A DNA stretch of 32,000 bases, from assembly GCF_900095195.1 (NCBI RefSeq), contig NZ_LT606950.1, forward strand, positions 150,001 through 182,000. The letters are read 5' to 3'. Position 1 is the first letter of the stretch. Every line of letters starts with the position of its first letter. The notes beneath the pieces were generated by a model that saw only the letters and a list, made by a program, of their open reading frames with translations, had not been told where the DNA came from and did no database searches. The stretch is from Polynucleobacter necessarius (GTDB taxonomy: Bacteria; Pseudomonadota; Gammaproteobacteria; Burkholderiales; Burkholderiaceae). Both the position numbers and the translations under genes were made by a program. This document shows positions 22,215 through 31,912 of this stretch, piece by piece.

Positions 22215-23276
22215 ATGGTTAAAGTTGACGCCTTGCTAACCCATCTAAAATCCTTGGGCTCAGGAGGCGTAATGCTTCCGCTTTATGTATTTACTGGGGA
22301 TGAGCCGCTCCTCATGATGGAGGCTATGGATCAATTGCGCTTAGCCGCCAAGAAGCTGGGCTTCACTGAGCGTGAGGTGCTGCTACAAGAGCGTGGTTTT
22401 GACTGGAGTGCTCTGCTAAGTGCGGGTCAAACCATGTCCCTGTTTGGTGATAAGCGTTGGGTGGAGTTACGTATTCCAACAGGTAAGCCTGGTCGCGACG
22501 GCGCTGATGCTTTAAAACAATTTGCAAATCAGATTGAATCACAGACTAACTCTTCGGATGGTCCAGATGCCGTAGTGTGTATTGTGCTTCCTCGCTTGGA
22601 TGGTAAGACAAAATCATCTGCTTGGTTTAGTGCTTTAGATGCTGTTGGTATGGCCATTCAGATTGATTCGATTGATCGCAGTCATTTGCCAAGATGGATT
22701 GCGACTCGCTTGAAGGCTCAACATCAAGAGGTTGAATCTGGAAGCGAAGGTCAGCGAGCGTTGGAATTTATTGCGGATCAGATAGAGGGAAATCTGATTG
22801 CTGCACATCAAGAAATTTTGAAATTGGGCCTGTTATATCCCCAAGGAGTATTAACAGAAAAGCAGATACGGTCTTCCATCCTGAAAGTGGCCCGCTATAA
22901 CGTCTTTGAATTGACGGAAGCGATGTTGGCGGGTGATTTGTCTCGGTTAAATCGAATGTTGGATGGCTTAAAGGGAGAGGGTGAGCCATTGGTGCTAATT
23001 CTGTGGAGCGTGACTGAGGAGCTTAGGCTGCTATCTAAACTCAAGGTGGCTAATGATGCGGGAGGATCGGTGCAACAACTTATGCGTGCAAATCGCATTT
23101 GGGGCAACAAAGAGCGTCTGTACCCAATGGCGCTGAGACGGGTTCAGCCGCTGAAGTTGCGTCGCGCAATGCAAGTTGCTGCAGGCCTCGATCGTCAAGT
23201 GAAGGGGTTGGCTGCGGCGGATTTGCCAGCCGACCCTTGGGATGGTTTACGTTTGGTTGGAAATTTATTGCGGTAA
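22215..23276 (+). CDS. holA: DNA polymerase III subunit delta
   Basis: 353-aa ORF in the conserved leuS-lptE-holA order. The N-terminal YVFTGDEPLL and later EILKL region are typical of the delta subunit. Confidence 0.85.
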   Translation: MVKVDALLTHLKSLGSGGVMLPLYVFTGDEPLLMMEAMDQLRLAAKKLGFTEREVLLQERGFDWSALLSAGQTMSLFGDKRWVELRIPTGKPGRDGADALKQFANQIESQTNSSDGPDAVVCIVLPRLDGKTKSSAWFSALDAVGMAIQIDSIDRSHLPRWIATRLKAQHQEVESGSEGQRALEFIADQIEGNLIAAHQEILKLGLLYPQGVLTEKQIRSSILKVARYNVFELTEAMLAGDLSRLNRMLDGLKGEGEPLVLILWSVTEELRLLSKLKVANDAGGSVQQLMRANRIWGNKERLYPMALRRVQPLKLRRAMQVAAGLDRQVKGLAAADLPADPWDGLRLVGNLLR

Positions 23277-23309
23277 CCTAAGAATTCAGAAGTAAAAGAG
23301 ATAACGTTA

Positions 23310-24587
23310 ATGAGTACAGAAATTCAAGCATTGATGCAAAACATTGGCCAGCGAGCTCGCAGTGCTTCGCGTGCTATGGCACGTGCATCGAGCGAGCAAA
23401 AGAATCAGGCCTTACTTCACATTGCAAAACTCGTTCGACAAAAAGCGAGCGAAATTGAAAAAGTCAATGCCGTTGATGTTGAGCGAGCTAGAGCAAATGG
23501 CCAAGATGCCGCTTTTGTAGATCGCTTGACAATGACACCAAAGACTATTGAAACCATGGCGCTCGGTTTAGAGCAAATTGTTTCATTAGAGGATCCTATT
23601 GGAAAAATCAGCGCATTGAAAAGGCAGGCTTCGGGCATTGAGATTGGCCAGATGCGTGTTCCATTGGGGGTGATTGGCATCATTTATGAATCTCGTCCAA
23701 ATGTGACCATTGATGCCGCCGCATTGTGCTTAAAGTCCGGGAATGCAGTGATATTGCGTGGTGGCTCGGAGGCGATTGATTCCAACACCTTGTTGGCTCA
23801 AATTATTCAAGAAGGGCTTAGCGCGGCAGGGTTGCCCAAGGATGCAGTACAGGTAGTGACCACGACCGATCGAAGCGCTGTCGGTGAAATGATCACGATG
23901 ACGCAATATATTGATGTAATCGTTCCTCGTGGCGGTAAGGGTCTCATAGCGCGTTTAATGGCTGAAGCGCGCGTACCCATGATTAAGCATTTAGATGGTA
24001 TTTGCCATACTTATATTGATGCAGATGCGGATATCGCGATGGCCATTAAGGTGTGCGATAACGCCAAGACGCAACGTTATGCCCCATGCAATGCCATGGA
24101 GACGCTTTTAGTCAATCAGAAGATTGCATCTAAAGTATTGCCAGATCTTTGCAAAATTTATCAAGACAAAGGAGTAGAGTTACGGGTTGATTCTTCGACA
24201 CGATCAACCCTAGAGTCTGCAGGTTTTCAGAATTTGGTTGATGCCACTGAAGAAGATTGGCAAACCGAATATTTGGCGCCTATTCTGTCAATTAAAACTG
24301 TGGCTGACATGGATAAAGCCATGAATCATATTGAGCGTTACGGTAGTAAACATACGGATGCCATCATTACTAATAACAAAACACAGGCTGACCGGTTCTT
24401 GCGTGAGGTTGATAGTGCGAGTGTTATGGTCAATGCCAGCACTCGCTTTGCCGACGGCTTTGAGTATGGCTTGGGTGCTGAGATTGGTATCTCGAATGAC
24501 AAACTCCACGCGCGTGGTCCAGTCGGTTTGGATGGATTAACGTCGTTGAAATATGTGGTCATGGGTCATGGCGAAATTCGGACTTAA
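23310..24587 (+). CDS. proA: glutamate-5-semialdehyde dehydrogenase (gamma-glutamyl phosphate reductase)
   Basis: 425-aa ORF with [16 protein letters not shown], the catalytic Cys context ([12 protein letters not shown]) and NASTRFADG. Confidence 0.94.
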   Translation: MSTEIQALMQNIGQRARSASRAMARASSEQKNQALLHIAKLVRQKASEIEKVNAVDVERARANGQDAAFVDRLTMTPKTIETMALGLEQIVSLEDPIGKISALKRQASGIEIGQMRVPLGVIGIIYESRPNVTIDAAALCLKSGNAVILRGGSEAIDSNTLLAQIIQEGLSAAGLPKDAVQVVTTTDRSAVGEMITMTQYIDVIVPRGGKGLIARLMAEARVPMIKHLDGICHTYIDADADIAMAIKVCDNAKTQRYAPCNAMETLLVNQKIASKVLPDLCKIYQDKGVELRVDSSTRSTLESAGFQNLVDATEEDWQTEYLAPILSIKTVADMDKAMNHIERYGSKHTDAIITNNKTQADRFLREVDSASVMVNASTRFADGFEYGLGAEIGISNDKLHARGPVGLDGLTSLKYVVMGHGEIRT

Positions 24588-24626
24588 GATCCTTTGCGAA
24601 TAACATTGATTAACCTGAAATAGACT

Positions 24627-25052
24627 ATGACAAACGCTTACCTTTGGGTGAAAACCTTGCACATTGTGTTGGTGACCTCTTGGTTTGCTGGATTGTTTTA
24701 TTTGCCTAGGATTTATGTGAACCTGGCGGATGAGAAAAATCCCGAAGCATATGCGCGCCTCCTCGGGATGGCGGATCGGCTGTTTCGCTTTATGACCATT
24801 CTGGCTGTGCCCGCCGTTCTTCTTGGTCTCACCCTTTGGGTAGTTTTTGGTATCGGCATGGGTGATACCTGGATGCATGCGAAATTATGGTTTGTTGTTT
24901 TGGTGATTGGCCATCACCACGCCTGTTATAGCTTATTAAAAAAATTTCGTGCGGGTATGAATACCAAGAGTGGAGTTTGGTATCGCTGGTTTAATGAGGT
25001 GCCAGTCATATTGCTGTTTGTAATCGTGGCTCTAGTGATTTTTAAGCCTTAA
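24627..25052 (+). CDS. hemJ: HemJ-family protoporphyrinogen IX oxidase (UPF0093 membrane protein)
   Basis: 141-aa protein with 4 TM helices and an N-terminal WVKTLHIVLVTSWFAGLFYLPRIYV signature. Confidence 0.8.
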   Translation: MTNAYLWVKTLHIVLVTSWFAGLFYLPRIYVNLADEKNPEAYARLLGMADRLFRFMTILAVPAVLLGLTLWVVFGIGMGDTWMHAKLWFVVLVIGHHHACYSLLKKFRAGMNTKSGVWYRWFNEVPVILLFVIVALVIFKP

Positions 25053-25106
25053 ATACCCGCTTCTCATTTTTATTTTTTCACCATTTAATTTAAGACTGTT
25101 AGCCCT

Positions 25107-26573
25107 ATGCGATTTTTTGTAGTTTGCCCTGGCGGCCTAGAAGTGCCGTTGGCTCAGGAGCTTGCAGAAATTGCGCATCGCCCAGATTCCAGGGCACTGG
25201 GTAAGTGGGTGATCGATCCAACACCAACGAGCCCCACAGGCGGTATTGGATTGGCAGCTCCCCTGTCGGCCGCTATGGCTTTGAATCTACATTCCAGAAT
25301 TGCCAGTCGCGTGTTGTTGCAAATGGCGCAGTCACCCTATCGGCAGGAAGAGGATTTATATAAGCTGGCTAGCGGTTTAGCCTGGGAGGATTGGTTTACC
25401 TCTAAGCAAACATTGCGAGTCGATGTTACCGCGCACCGCTCACCTCTTAAGAGTCTAAATTTTGCAACCCTCAAAATTAAGGATGCGATTGTTGATCGAT
25501 TGCGTGATGTCACTGGCGATAGACCTAGCATCGATACGACTTTCCCAGATGTTCGCGTGCAGGCGCATTTAACGGCCACCCACATCACGATATATCTTGA
25601 TACTTCAGGAGAGGCTCTCTTTAAACGGGGTTGGCGCGATGAAAAGGGTGATGCGCCTTTGAGGGAAAATTTAGCCGCTGGTATTCTGTTGATTACAGGC
25701 TGGAAGCCAGGGCAGACTTTGTTTGATCCCATGTGCGGTAGTGGAACCTTTTTGATTGAGGCTGCACAAATGGCTCTAGTTATTCCTCCTGGCGCTATTC
25801 GGGCGGGAATATATGGTGATGGAGCCAAGCCCAGTAGATTGGCATACCGTCCACTTGTCACTTCAGCACAGGGTTTCGGATTTCAAAGACTAAAACCATT
25901 CAATGAGGTTGCTGAGCAGAAACGCTGGAGCGCTTTAAAAGAATCAGCATTGAATGAAGTGCTTGAGCGACGCAAGTTGTATCCGAATACTGAATCTCTG
26001 GAAATTAGTGGCGGCGACATTAATGAAGAACTGGTTTCCATGTTTAAGGGAAATTGGCAGAGGGCTCAATTACCAGACCAACCGGTTGCACGCCAAATTG
26101 ATGCTATGGCAAGCAAACCACCGGTAAATAGCAAGAACGGTGTGATGTTACTCAACCCACCTTACGGTGAGCGTTTGGTAATTAAGGGCGGTCGCGGGCA
26201 AGATCGGAATTCTCGTGATGAAGGTTTCAAATCTGAAGGCGCTGAAAATCGTTTTGAACTTAATCTTGAAACTGGTCGTCAAAGCGCCAAACGTTCTAGC
26301 CGCGAATCCCTAAAAAAGCTGCAGGCGCAAGAAGAGCAAGATCCCAAGTTTGTAGAGTTCTTGCGCCAATTTGGTCAGCATCTAAAAGAAACCTTTGGTG
26401 GTTGGAATGTATTTGTACTGACTGCAGATATGGCATTACCAGGCCAATTGCGCATCAAAGAGTCAAAACGTACCCCATTATTTAATGGACCACTAGAGTG
26501 TCGTTTATTTAAGCTTGAGATGCATCAAAAGCGCCCATCAGTCAATCATTCAAATGATGAGCTAAATGACTAA
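25107..26573 (+). CDS. THUMP-domain class I SAM-dependent RNA methyltransferase (RlmL/COG0116-like)
   Basis: THUMP region, the DPMCGSGTFLIEAA SAM motif and NPPYGERL motif IV. A charged insertion of about 60 aa sits after motif IV. Confidence 0.85.
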   Translation: MRFFVVCPGGLEVPLAQELAEIAHRPDSRALGKWVIDPTPTSPTGGIGLAAPLSAAMALNLHSRIASRVLLQMAQSPYRQEEDLYKLASGLAWEDWFTSKQTLRVDVTAHRSPLKSLNFATLKIKDAIVDRLRDVTGDRPSIDTTFPDVRVQAHLTATHITIYLDTSGEALFKRGWRDEKGDAPLRENLAAGILLITGWKPGQTLFDPMCGSGTFLIEAAQMALVIPPGAIRAGIYGDGAKPSRLAYRPLVTSAQGFGFQRLKPFNEVAEQKRWSALKESALNEVLERRKLYPNTESLEISGGDINEELVSMFKGNWQRAQLPDQPVARQIDAMASKPPVNSKNGVMLLNPPYGERLVIKGGRGQDRNSRDEGFKSEGAENRFELNLETGRQSAKRSSRESLKKLQAQEEQDPKFVEFLRQFGQHLKETFGGWNVFVLTADMALPGQLRIKESKRTPLFNGPLECRLFKLEMHQKRPSVNHSNDELND

Positions 26574-26613
26574 TGCGCTTTAAAATAGAAAAAATGGAAC
26601 GGAGATCAATGTA

Positions 26614-26787
26614 ATGGAATTTAAAACATACATGTGTTTAATTTGCGGTTGGGTGTACGACGAGGCTGCAGGACTTCCGGATGAAGGCATTGCGCCAGGC
26701 ACCTTATGGAAAGATGTGCCGATGAACTGGACCTGTCCAGAGTGCGGTGCTCGTAAGGACGATTTTGAGATGATGGCGATTCAATAG
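26614..26787 (+). CDS. rubredoxin (57 aa; below the ORF-track length cut-off)
   Basis: My translation: [57 protein letters not shown]. It carries two CxxCG knuckles and the conserved GWVYDE, W..VP and W.CP.CG features. GGAG lies 9 nt upstream. Confidence 0.9.
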   Translation: MEFKTYMCLICGWVYDEAAGLPDEGIAPGTLWKDVPMNWTCPECGARKDDFEMMAIQ

Positions 26788-26811
26788 CAAGAGAGTTTGC
26801 TATTGAATCGC
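26776..26811 (+). other. perfect 15-bp stem-loop overlapping the rubredoxin stop codon, 20 nt upstream of the hemL start
   Basis: GCGATTCAATAGCAA (26776-26790), gagagt, TTGCTATTGAATCGC (26797-26811). No U-tract follows. Confidence 0.7.
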
Positions 26812-26831
26812 ATCAAACGAACGAGGTAAAA

Positions 26832-28127
26832 GTGAGTCAAAACGACGTTTTATTTGAGCGTGCGCAAAGAACAATTCCTGGGGGGGTAAACTCCCCCGTG
26901 CGCGCTTTTCGTCAAGTGGGCGGCACACCGCGTTTTGTCACAAAAGCTCAAGGCCCTTATTTCTGGGATGCCGACAACAAACGCTACATTGACTTAATTA
27001 TGTCTTGGGGCCCAATGATTGTTGGTCATGCAAACCCGGAAGTTGTCGAGGCTGTACAAAAGGCTGCTGCAACAAGTTTCAGTTATGGCGCACCTACCGC
27101 TGGAGAGATCGAATTAGCGGAGCGTATTTGCGCTCTGATGCCCAGTATTGAGCAAGTGCGAATGGTCTCCAGTGGTACGGAAGCCACGATGAGCGCTCTG
27201 CGTCTGGCCCGCGGTTATACTGGCCGTGATGTCATTATTAAATTTGAAGGCTGCTATCACGGCCATGCGGATAGCCTGCTAGTCAAAGCCGGATCAGGTC
27301 TTTTAACGTTTGCAGATTCAACTCAAAATGCACCATCTTCTGGTGGCGTTCCGCAGGATTTTGTAAAACATACACTCGTTTTGCCTTATAACGATGTGCA
27401 GGCGATTGAGGATGTATTCAAAAAGCAAGGCAATCAAATTGCTGGGATTATTCTGGAGCCGATAGCTGGCAATATGAACCTCATTCAGCCATCTAGTGAT
27501 TTTTTGAAATCCATTCGTAATCTCACGACCCAATATGGCAGTGTTCTCATCTACGACGAGGTGATGACGGGATTTCGGATTGCATTGGGTGGCGCTCAAT
27601 CATTGCAAGGGGTTACTCCCGACCTAACCTGTCTTGGAAAGGTGATGGGTGGTGGCATGCCGATGGCAGCCTTTGGCGGCAAAAAGGAGATCATGTCCAA
27701 GTTGACTCCCTTGGGAAATGTTTATCAAGCAGGTACCCTGTCTGGTAATCCTGTTGCAGTTGCTGCTGGTTTAAAAACTCTAGAGATTATTTCCAGAGAG
27801 GGTTTTTATGAGTGTTTGACAAGCCAAACCCAAAAGCTCATGACGGGCTTAAAGAAAATGGCCGATCAAGCCAATATTCCTTTTGCGGTTGATAGTGTTG
27901 GCGGTATGTTTGGTTTTTATTTCGCAAAAGACGTACCCACTTCATATGAAGCTGTCACCAAAACCGACATTGATGCGTTTAAAAAGTTTTTTCACTTGAT
28001 GCTAGATGAGGGCGTATACCTTGCACCATCAGCTTATGAAACGGGATTTACATCCATTGCTCACAATAATGAAGTTATTGCAGCTATTGTTGCTGCGGCT
28101 GAAAAAGCTTTTCAGAAACTTAAGTAA
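26832..28127 (+). CDS. hemL: glutamate-1-semialdehyde 2,1-aminomutase
   Basis: 431-aa ORF with a GTG start. Contains [25 protein letters not shown] and the PLP-lysine context [10 protein letters not shown]. Confidence 0.95.
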   Translation: MSQNDVLFERAQRTIPGGVNSPVRAFRQVGGTPRFVTKAQGPYFWDADNKRYIDLIMSWGPMIVGHANPEVVEAVQKAAATSFSYGAPTAGEIELAERICALMPSIEQVRMVSSGTEATMSALRLARGYTGRDVIIKFEGCYHGHADSLLVKAGSGLLTFADSTQNAPSSGGVPQDFVKHTLVLPYNDVQAIEDVFKKQGNQIAGIILEPIAGNMNLIQPSSDFLKSIRNLTTQYGSVLIYDEVMTGFRIALGGAQSLQGVTPDLTCLGKVMGGGMPMAAFGGKKEIMSKLTPLGNVYQAGTLSGNPVAVAAGLKTLEIISREGFYECLTSQTQKLMTGLKKMADQANIPFAVDSVGGMFGFYFAKDVPTSYEAVTKTDIDAFKKFFHLMLDEGVYLAPSAYETGFTSIAHNNEVIAAIVAAAEKAFQKLK

Positions 28128-28140
28128 TGACGACTCTGCA

Positions 28141-28980
28141 TCAGACCCGCAAAGGATGGTCGTATCCAGCTACCTGGATGATTTGAGATTTCTTCATATC
28201 TCGGTTTGTTGCGGAAATTTCCATAGCGGTGAGTTTTCCGCCCCATACGCATCCCGTATCAAGACCCACAACATTTTGATCGCGCAGCAGTCCCAGTGTT
28301 GACCAGTGACCAAAATAAATCACGGCATCTTGAGTTTTTCGTTTAGGTACCTTGAACCAGGGAATGAATCCTTTGGGACCACTCTCCAAGCCCTCTTTGC
28401 TATCAAACTCCATCCTGCCAGTTGGAGTACAAAAGCGCATTCTTGTGAGCGCATTTGTGATCACTCGTAGTCGATCATGTCCTTTAAGGGAGTTACTCCA
28501 TTTGCTAGGTGTATTGCCATACATGCTGGCTAAAAACGTTTTATAAGACTTGCTACGTAAAACTTTTTCAACCTCATGAGCGCATTCAATAGTTTGCTCT
28601 AAATCCCATTGCGGGAGAACGCCAGCGTGTACAGCGAGTACTTTGCCATTACTCAAGGCTAATGGTCTATTTCTAACCCAATGAATCAATTCTTTGCGAT
28701 CTGGAGCTTTTAGGATCGGTGCTACGGTATCAAGCGGTTTTAATTTACGGATGCCAGCATCAATTGCTAGAAGGTGGAGATCGTGATTGCCCAGAATACA
28801 TTCCGCACGACCGGATTCCTGTAGGGCCTTGAGTTGGCGCAATGCCCCTAATGAATTTGGGCCTCGATTAACAAGATCTCCCAAAAAAATCATTTTAGAT
28901 TTTTTTGGGAGTTTCTTTAAAAGGGCTTTGAGCGAAGGTGCGCATCCCTGCACATCTCCGACTGCAAAAATTTTGTTCAT
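28141..28980 (-). CDS. apaH: bis(5'-nucleosyl)-tetraphosphatase (symmetrical)
   Basis: Metallophosphoesterase motifs GDVQGC, GDLVNRGP and GNHD. 279 aa. Confidence 0.92.
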   Translation of the reverse strand: MNKIFAVGDVQGCAPSLKALLKKLPKKSKMIFLGDLVNRGPNSLGALRQLKALQESGRAECILGNHDLHLLAIDAGIRKLKPLDTVAPILKAPDRKELIHWVRNRPLALSNGKVLAVHAGVLPQWDLEQTIECAHEVEKVLRSKSYKTFLASMYGNTPSKWSNSLKGHDRLRVITNALTRMRFCTPTGRMEFDSKEGLESGPKGFIPWFKVPKRKTQDAVIYFGHWSTLGLLRDQNVVGLDTGCVWGGKLTAMEISATNRDMKKSQIIQVAGYDHPLRV

Positions 28981-29002
28981 ACTCTATTTTAAACGCAAGA
29001 AA

Positions 29003-30358
29003 TTAATCGACTTTTTTGACAACGCTATAGCGAATTAAAGTCTTCTTGCGAGCCTCGTCATGATCTACTACAGGCAAAGGATAGTCTCGACCCAAAGTAA
29101 TGCCAGCCGCCTCTAATTCAATATGACCTGCTTTCCAAGGCGCATGAATGGATTTTTTGGAAAGCTTTTCAAGTTGAGGGAGATAGCGGCGAATAAATTT
29201 ACCCTCAGGATCAAATTTTTCAGATTGGGTAATGGGATTGAAAATCCGAAAGTAGGGTTGCGCATCGCATCCCGAGGAGGAGGCCCACTGCCAGCCTCCA
29301 TTTTTCGAGGAGAGCTCAAAGTCATTGCGTAAGCGATTGTGCATATAGCCCGTTTGGTTCAGTTGATGCATTGCTGCATCCACTAGAGGGTATCCTGTTT
29401 TACCCTCGCACCATGCTTGAAATAATTTCTTAGCAGAGGATCCGCTTTCCCAAACAATATTGTCATAGTCTGGTTTAAACGATGCGCCCTTTGCTAGGCG
29501 GGGATGATTCGCCAAAATCATGAAATAAAAATCACGCCATATCAGCTCACTTAGCCAGATTGTGGCCACCATACTGCCTGCAAGCATGCGGCGGTGAGCT
29601 TCGCGTACCAAACCCCGAATATATAGCATGCCAAAGCGAAGGTGAGTAGAAAGGTAGCTGACCTTTTATGGCTGGAAAGTCTCTACCGACTTGGCATTGC
29701 TGAGCAGCATGCGGTGACCTTTGCGGCAGGTAAGTCTCTATACCGGTTGGGCAAAAACCCATAGACTCTAGCGAAGGAAGCGTTGAATCCAATTTCTTGG
29801 GCATTGGGGCGATCTGCCCCGATTGGAGCTTGCATTCATAAGTGACCAAATCTTTTTCTTGTAATGTTTTTAGCCAATTATTTTTATAGGGCGTAAATAT
29901 CGAAAAGACGGTATTCGAGTTGGTCAGAATTTCTTTTTTCTCAAAAATGACCTGATCTTTAAAGCTCTCAAATTGAATGCCAAGCTTTTCTAGTTGTTTT
30001 TTGACATTTTCATCAAGATGAATGGCTGAAGGTTCGTAATCGCGATTAGTAAATATCGTTTGAACACCCAATTCTTTTGCAATTAGCGGAATGCACTCTG
30101 TGGGTTTGCCATATTGAACGATAAGACCGCCGCCTAGTTTTCTCAGTTCATCAGCAATCTGCTGGATGCCCTGCCAAATAAAGTCGACTCTTCGATCATG
30201 TTTCAGGCCATTGGCATCAAGTTCGCCCCGTATTAAGGGTTCAAGAATCTCGGAGTCAAAAAATAAAGGTTAACCAGACCTGTTTGCTCGCTTTTAGGGC
30301 GTGATGAAGGGCCGCATTGTCATAAAGGCGAAGGTCGCGCGAAGCCAAACGAGTGCAT
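29003..30358 (-). pseudogene. phrB: class I CPD photolyase, heavily disrupted (at least 4 frameshifts plus an in-frame deletion of about 26 codons)
   Basis: Minus-strand reconstruction gives M(A)LVWLR(R)DLRLYDNAALHHALKASKQVWLTFIFDSEILEPL...GVQTIFTNRDYEP...RDFPAIKG(x)SYLSTHLRFGML...WLSELIWRDFYF...TGYPLVDAAMHQLNQTGYMHNRLR|NDFELSSKNGGWQWASSSGCDAQPYFRIFNP. Frame breaks lie at about 30350-30356, about 30337-30341, the A6 run 30258-30263 and about 29656-29662. The deletion junction is at 29326/29327. Confidence 0.9.
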
Positions 30359-30440
30359 TTTGTATGGCCCTAATATTAGGGCTTATTGAGGAAATTTGTT
30401 GGAGGGCTCTACATTAAAAGGGTTAAGATCGACGGTAATC

Positions 30441-31259
30441 ATGGATACGATCTTTTTTACTCTCTCGAAGATAGTTCAGTTTTGCATTGAGCCCCTGAAT
30501 TGGGCGATTGTTTTTGTTTTTCTAGCCCTTCTATTTCTTTCCCTCAGAAAACTACAAATATGTAAGCGGTTTTTACTATTGGCCCTGATTGATTTTTTGA
30601 TTGTCGGATGGTTGCCGGCCTCAGAGTTTGGGTTGCAAATTCTGGAAGATGCTATTCCTAAAGCATCTTTATCAAGTTACTCTGAGAGTGATATTGGGGG
30701 AATCATTATCTTGGGTGGAGCGGTCGAAGGGGGTCAAATTGCTCAAGATCGTGAAGAGGTTTCTATTTACTCATCAGCAGAAAGAGTGACAAAAGCTTTT
30801 GAGTTGATTCGTCAGTATCCAAGCCCCCACTTTATTTTTAGTGGGTTTTCTGGGCGCATTAATCCAACAGGCATCTCCGAGGCTGACGCTTTTAAGCAAC
30901 TCATTGCTGAGCAAGGGTTGACTCAAATGACTGATAAAACAGCTCATTATGAAAAGCAATCCCGAAATACCTATGAGAACGTTTTGTATATGAAGCCCAT
31001 GATTCAAGAGTACGGACTGAAGAATGAGGCGGGTTCTTTGAAGCCTTGGTTATTGATTACATCAGCAAGCCACATGTATCGATCGATCAAAATTTTCGAA
31101 AAGCAAGGAATTTCCGTCATTCCCGTTCCCGTCGATTATCAAACGGCAAACAGTCTTCAGTGGAGAGCATTTGATTTAGAAAATGGCATGCAAAATTGGA
31201 ATAAGCTAGTGCATGAAGCTATTGGAACATTGGCGTACTGGTCTACTGGAAAAATCTAG
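30441..31259 (+). CDS. DUF218 / YdcF-ElyC family envelope protein
   Basis: N-terminal TM helices, then IIILGGAV, FIFSGF, SRNTYENV and LLITSASHMYRS, which are typical of the DUF218 fold. ATG at 30441 is preferred over the TTG at 30396. Confidence 0.8.
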   Translation: MDTIFFTLSKIVQFCIEPLNWAIVFVFLALLFLSLRKLQICKRFLLLALIDFLIVGWLPASEFGLQILEDAIPKASLSSYSESDIGGIIILGGAVEGGQIAQDREEVSIYSSAERVTKAFELIRQYPSPHFIFSGFSGRINPTGISEADAFKQLIAEQGLTQMTDKTAHYEKQSRNTYENVLYMKPMIQEYGLKNEAGSLKPWLLITSASHMYRSIKIFEKQGISVIPVPVDYQTANSLQWRAFDLENGMQNWNKLVHEAIGTLAYWSTGKI

Positions 31260-31324
31260 ATATTCGTTAAAATAGGGAATATGACTAAGGTCAACAAAGC
31301 CCCCAAGATTCCGACCCTGGGTCT

Positions 31325-31912
31325 TTGATCTCTTATTCCGCGAATCATTTGGCTAATCAGTTTTTGATTTCGATGCCAGGGATGGTGGATCCTAATTTTG
31401 CCAATTCAGTTATTTATCTGTTTGAGCATAATGAGCGTGGCGCGATGGGTTTGGTAGTTAATAAACCTACCGAAGTTGATCTGGCTACGTTATTCGACAA
31501 GATCGAATTTAAGCTCGAGATTGCTCCATTGCTGGAGCAATCTGTGTACTTTGGTGGGCCAGTACAAGTAGAGCGCGGTTTTGTTCTTCACGAGTCTAAT
31601 CCACAACTCTCTTACAGCTCTTCGCTCATTATTCCGGGTGGATTGACGATGACTACGTCAAAAGACGTCCTTGAGGCAGTTGCTTTGGGGAATGGCCCAA
31701 GGAAATTCTTGATGACCTTGGGTTATGCGGGATGGGGTGCTGGCCAACTCGAAGAAGAAATTACCTTAAATGGCTGGATGAATGTACCCCTATCGCGCGA
31801 GCAAATGATGGACATTATTTTCAATACACCCTACAGTCGGCGTTACGAAAAGATTATGAGTTACCTTGGGTTTGATTTATCTGCGCTGTCTGGTGAGGCG
31901 GGGCACGCTTAG
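31325..31912 (+). CDS. yqgE: YqgE/AlgH family protein (UPF0301); start uncertain (TTG)
   Basis: LANQFLISMPGMVDPNFANSVIYLFEHNERGAMGLVVNKP signature, followed directly by ruvX as in E. coli yqgE-yqgF. Confidence 0.85.
   Translation: MISYSANHLANQFLISMPGMVDPNFANSVIYLFEHNERGAMGLVVNKPTEVDLATLFDKIEFKLEIAPLLEQSVYFGGPVQVERGFVLHESNPQLSYSSSLIIPGGLTMTTSKDVLEAVALGNGPRKFLMTLGYAGWGAGQLEEEITLNGWMNVPLSREQMMDIIFNTPYSRRYEKIMSYLGFDLSALSGEAGHA

Noticed and set aside
25337-25861. 174-aa ORF on the minus strand
   Set aside because: It lies entirely antisense to the THUMP/SAM methyltransferase, whose motifs (DPMCGSGTFLIEAA, NPPYGERL) are in the + frame. It has Arg/Ser/Pro-rich shadow-ORF composition and no motif of its own.
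26179-26350. Highly charged insertion of about 60 aa after motif IV of the THUMP methyltransferase
   Set aside because: It is in frame, with flanking domains intact. From memory, comparable inserts occur in Burkholderiales homologs. Not enough to call it novel.
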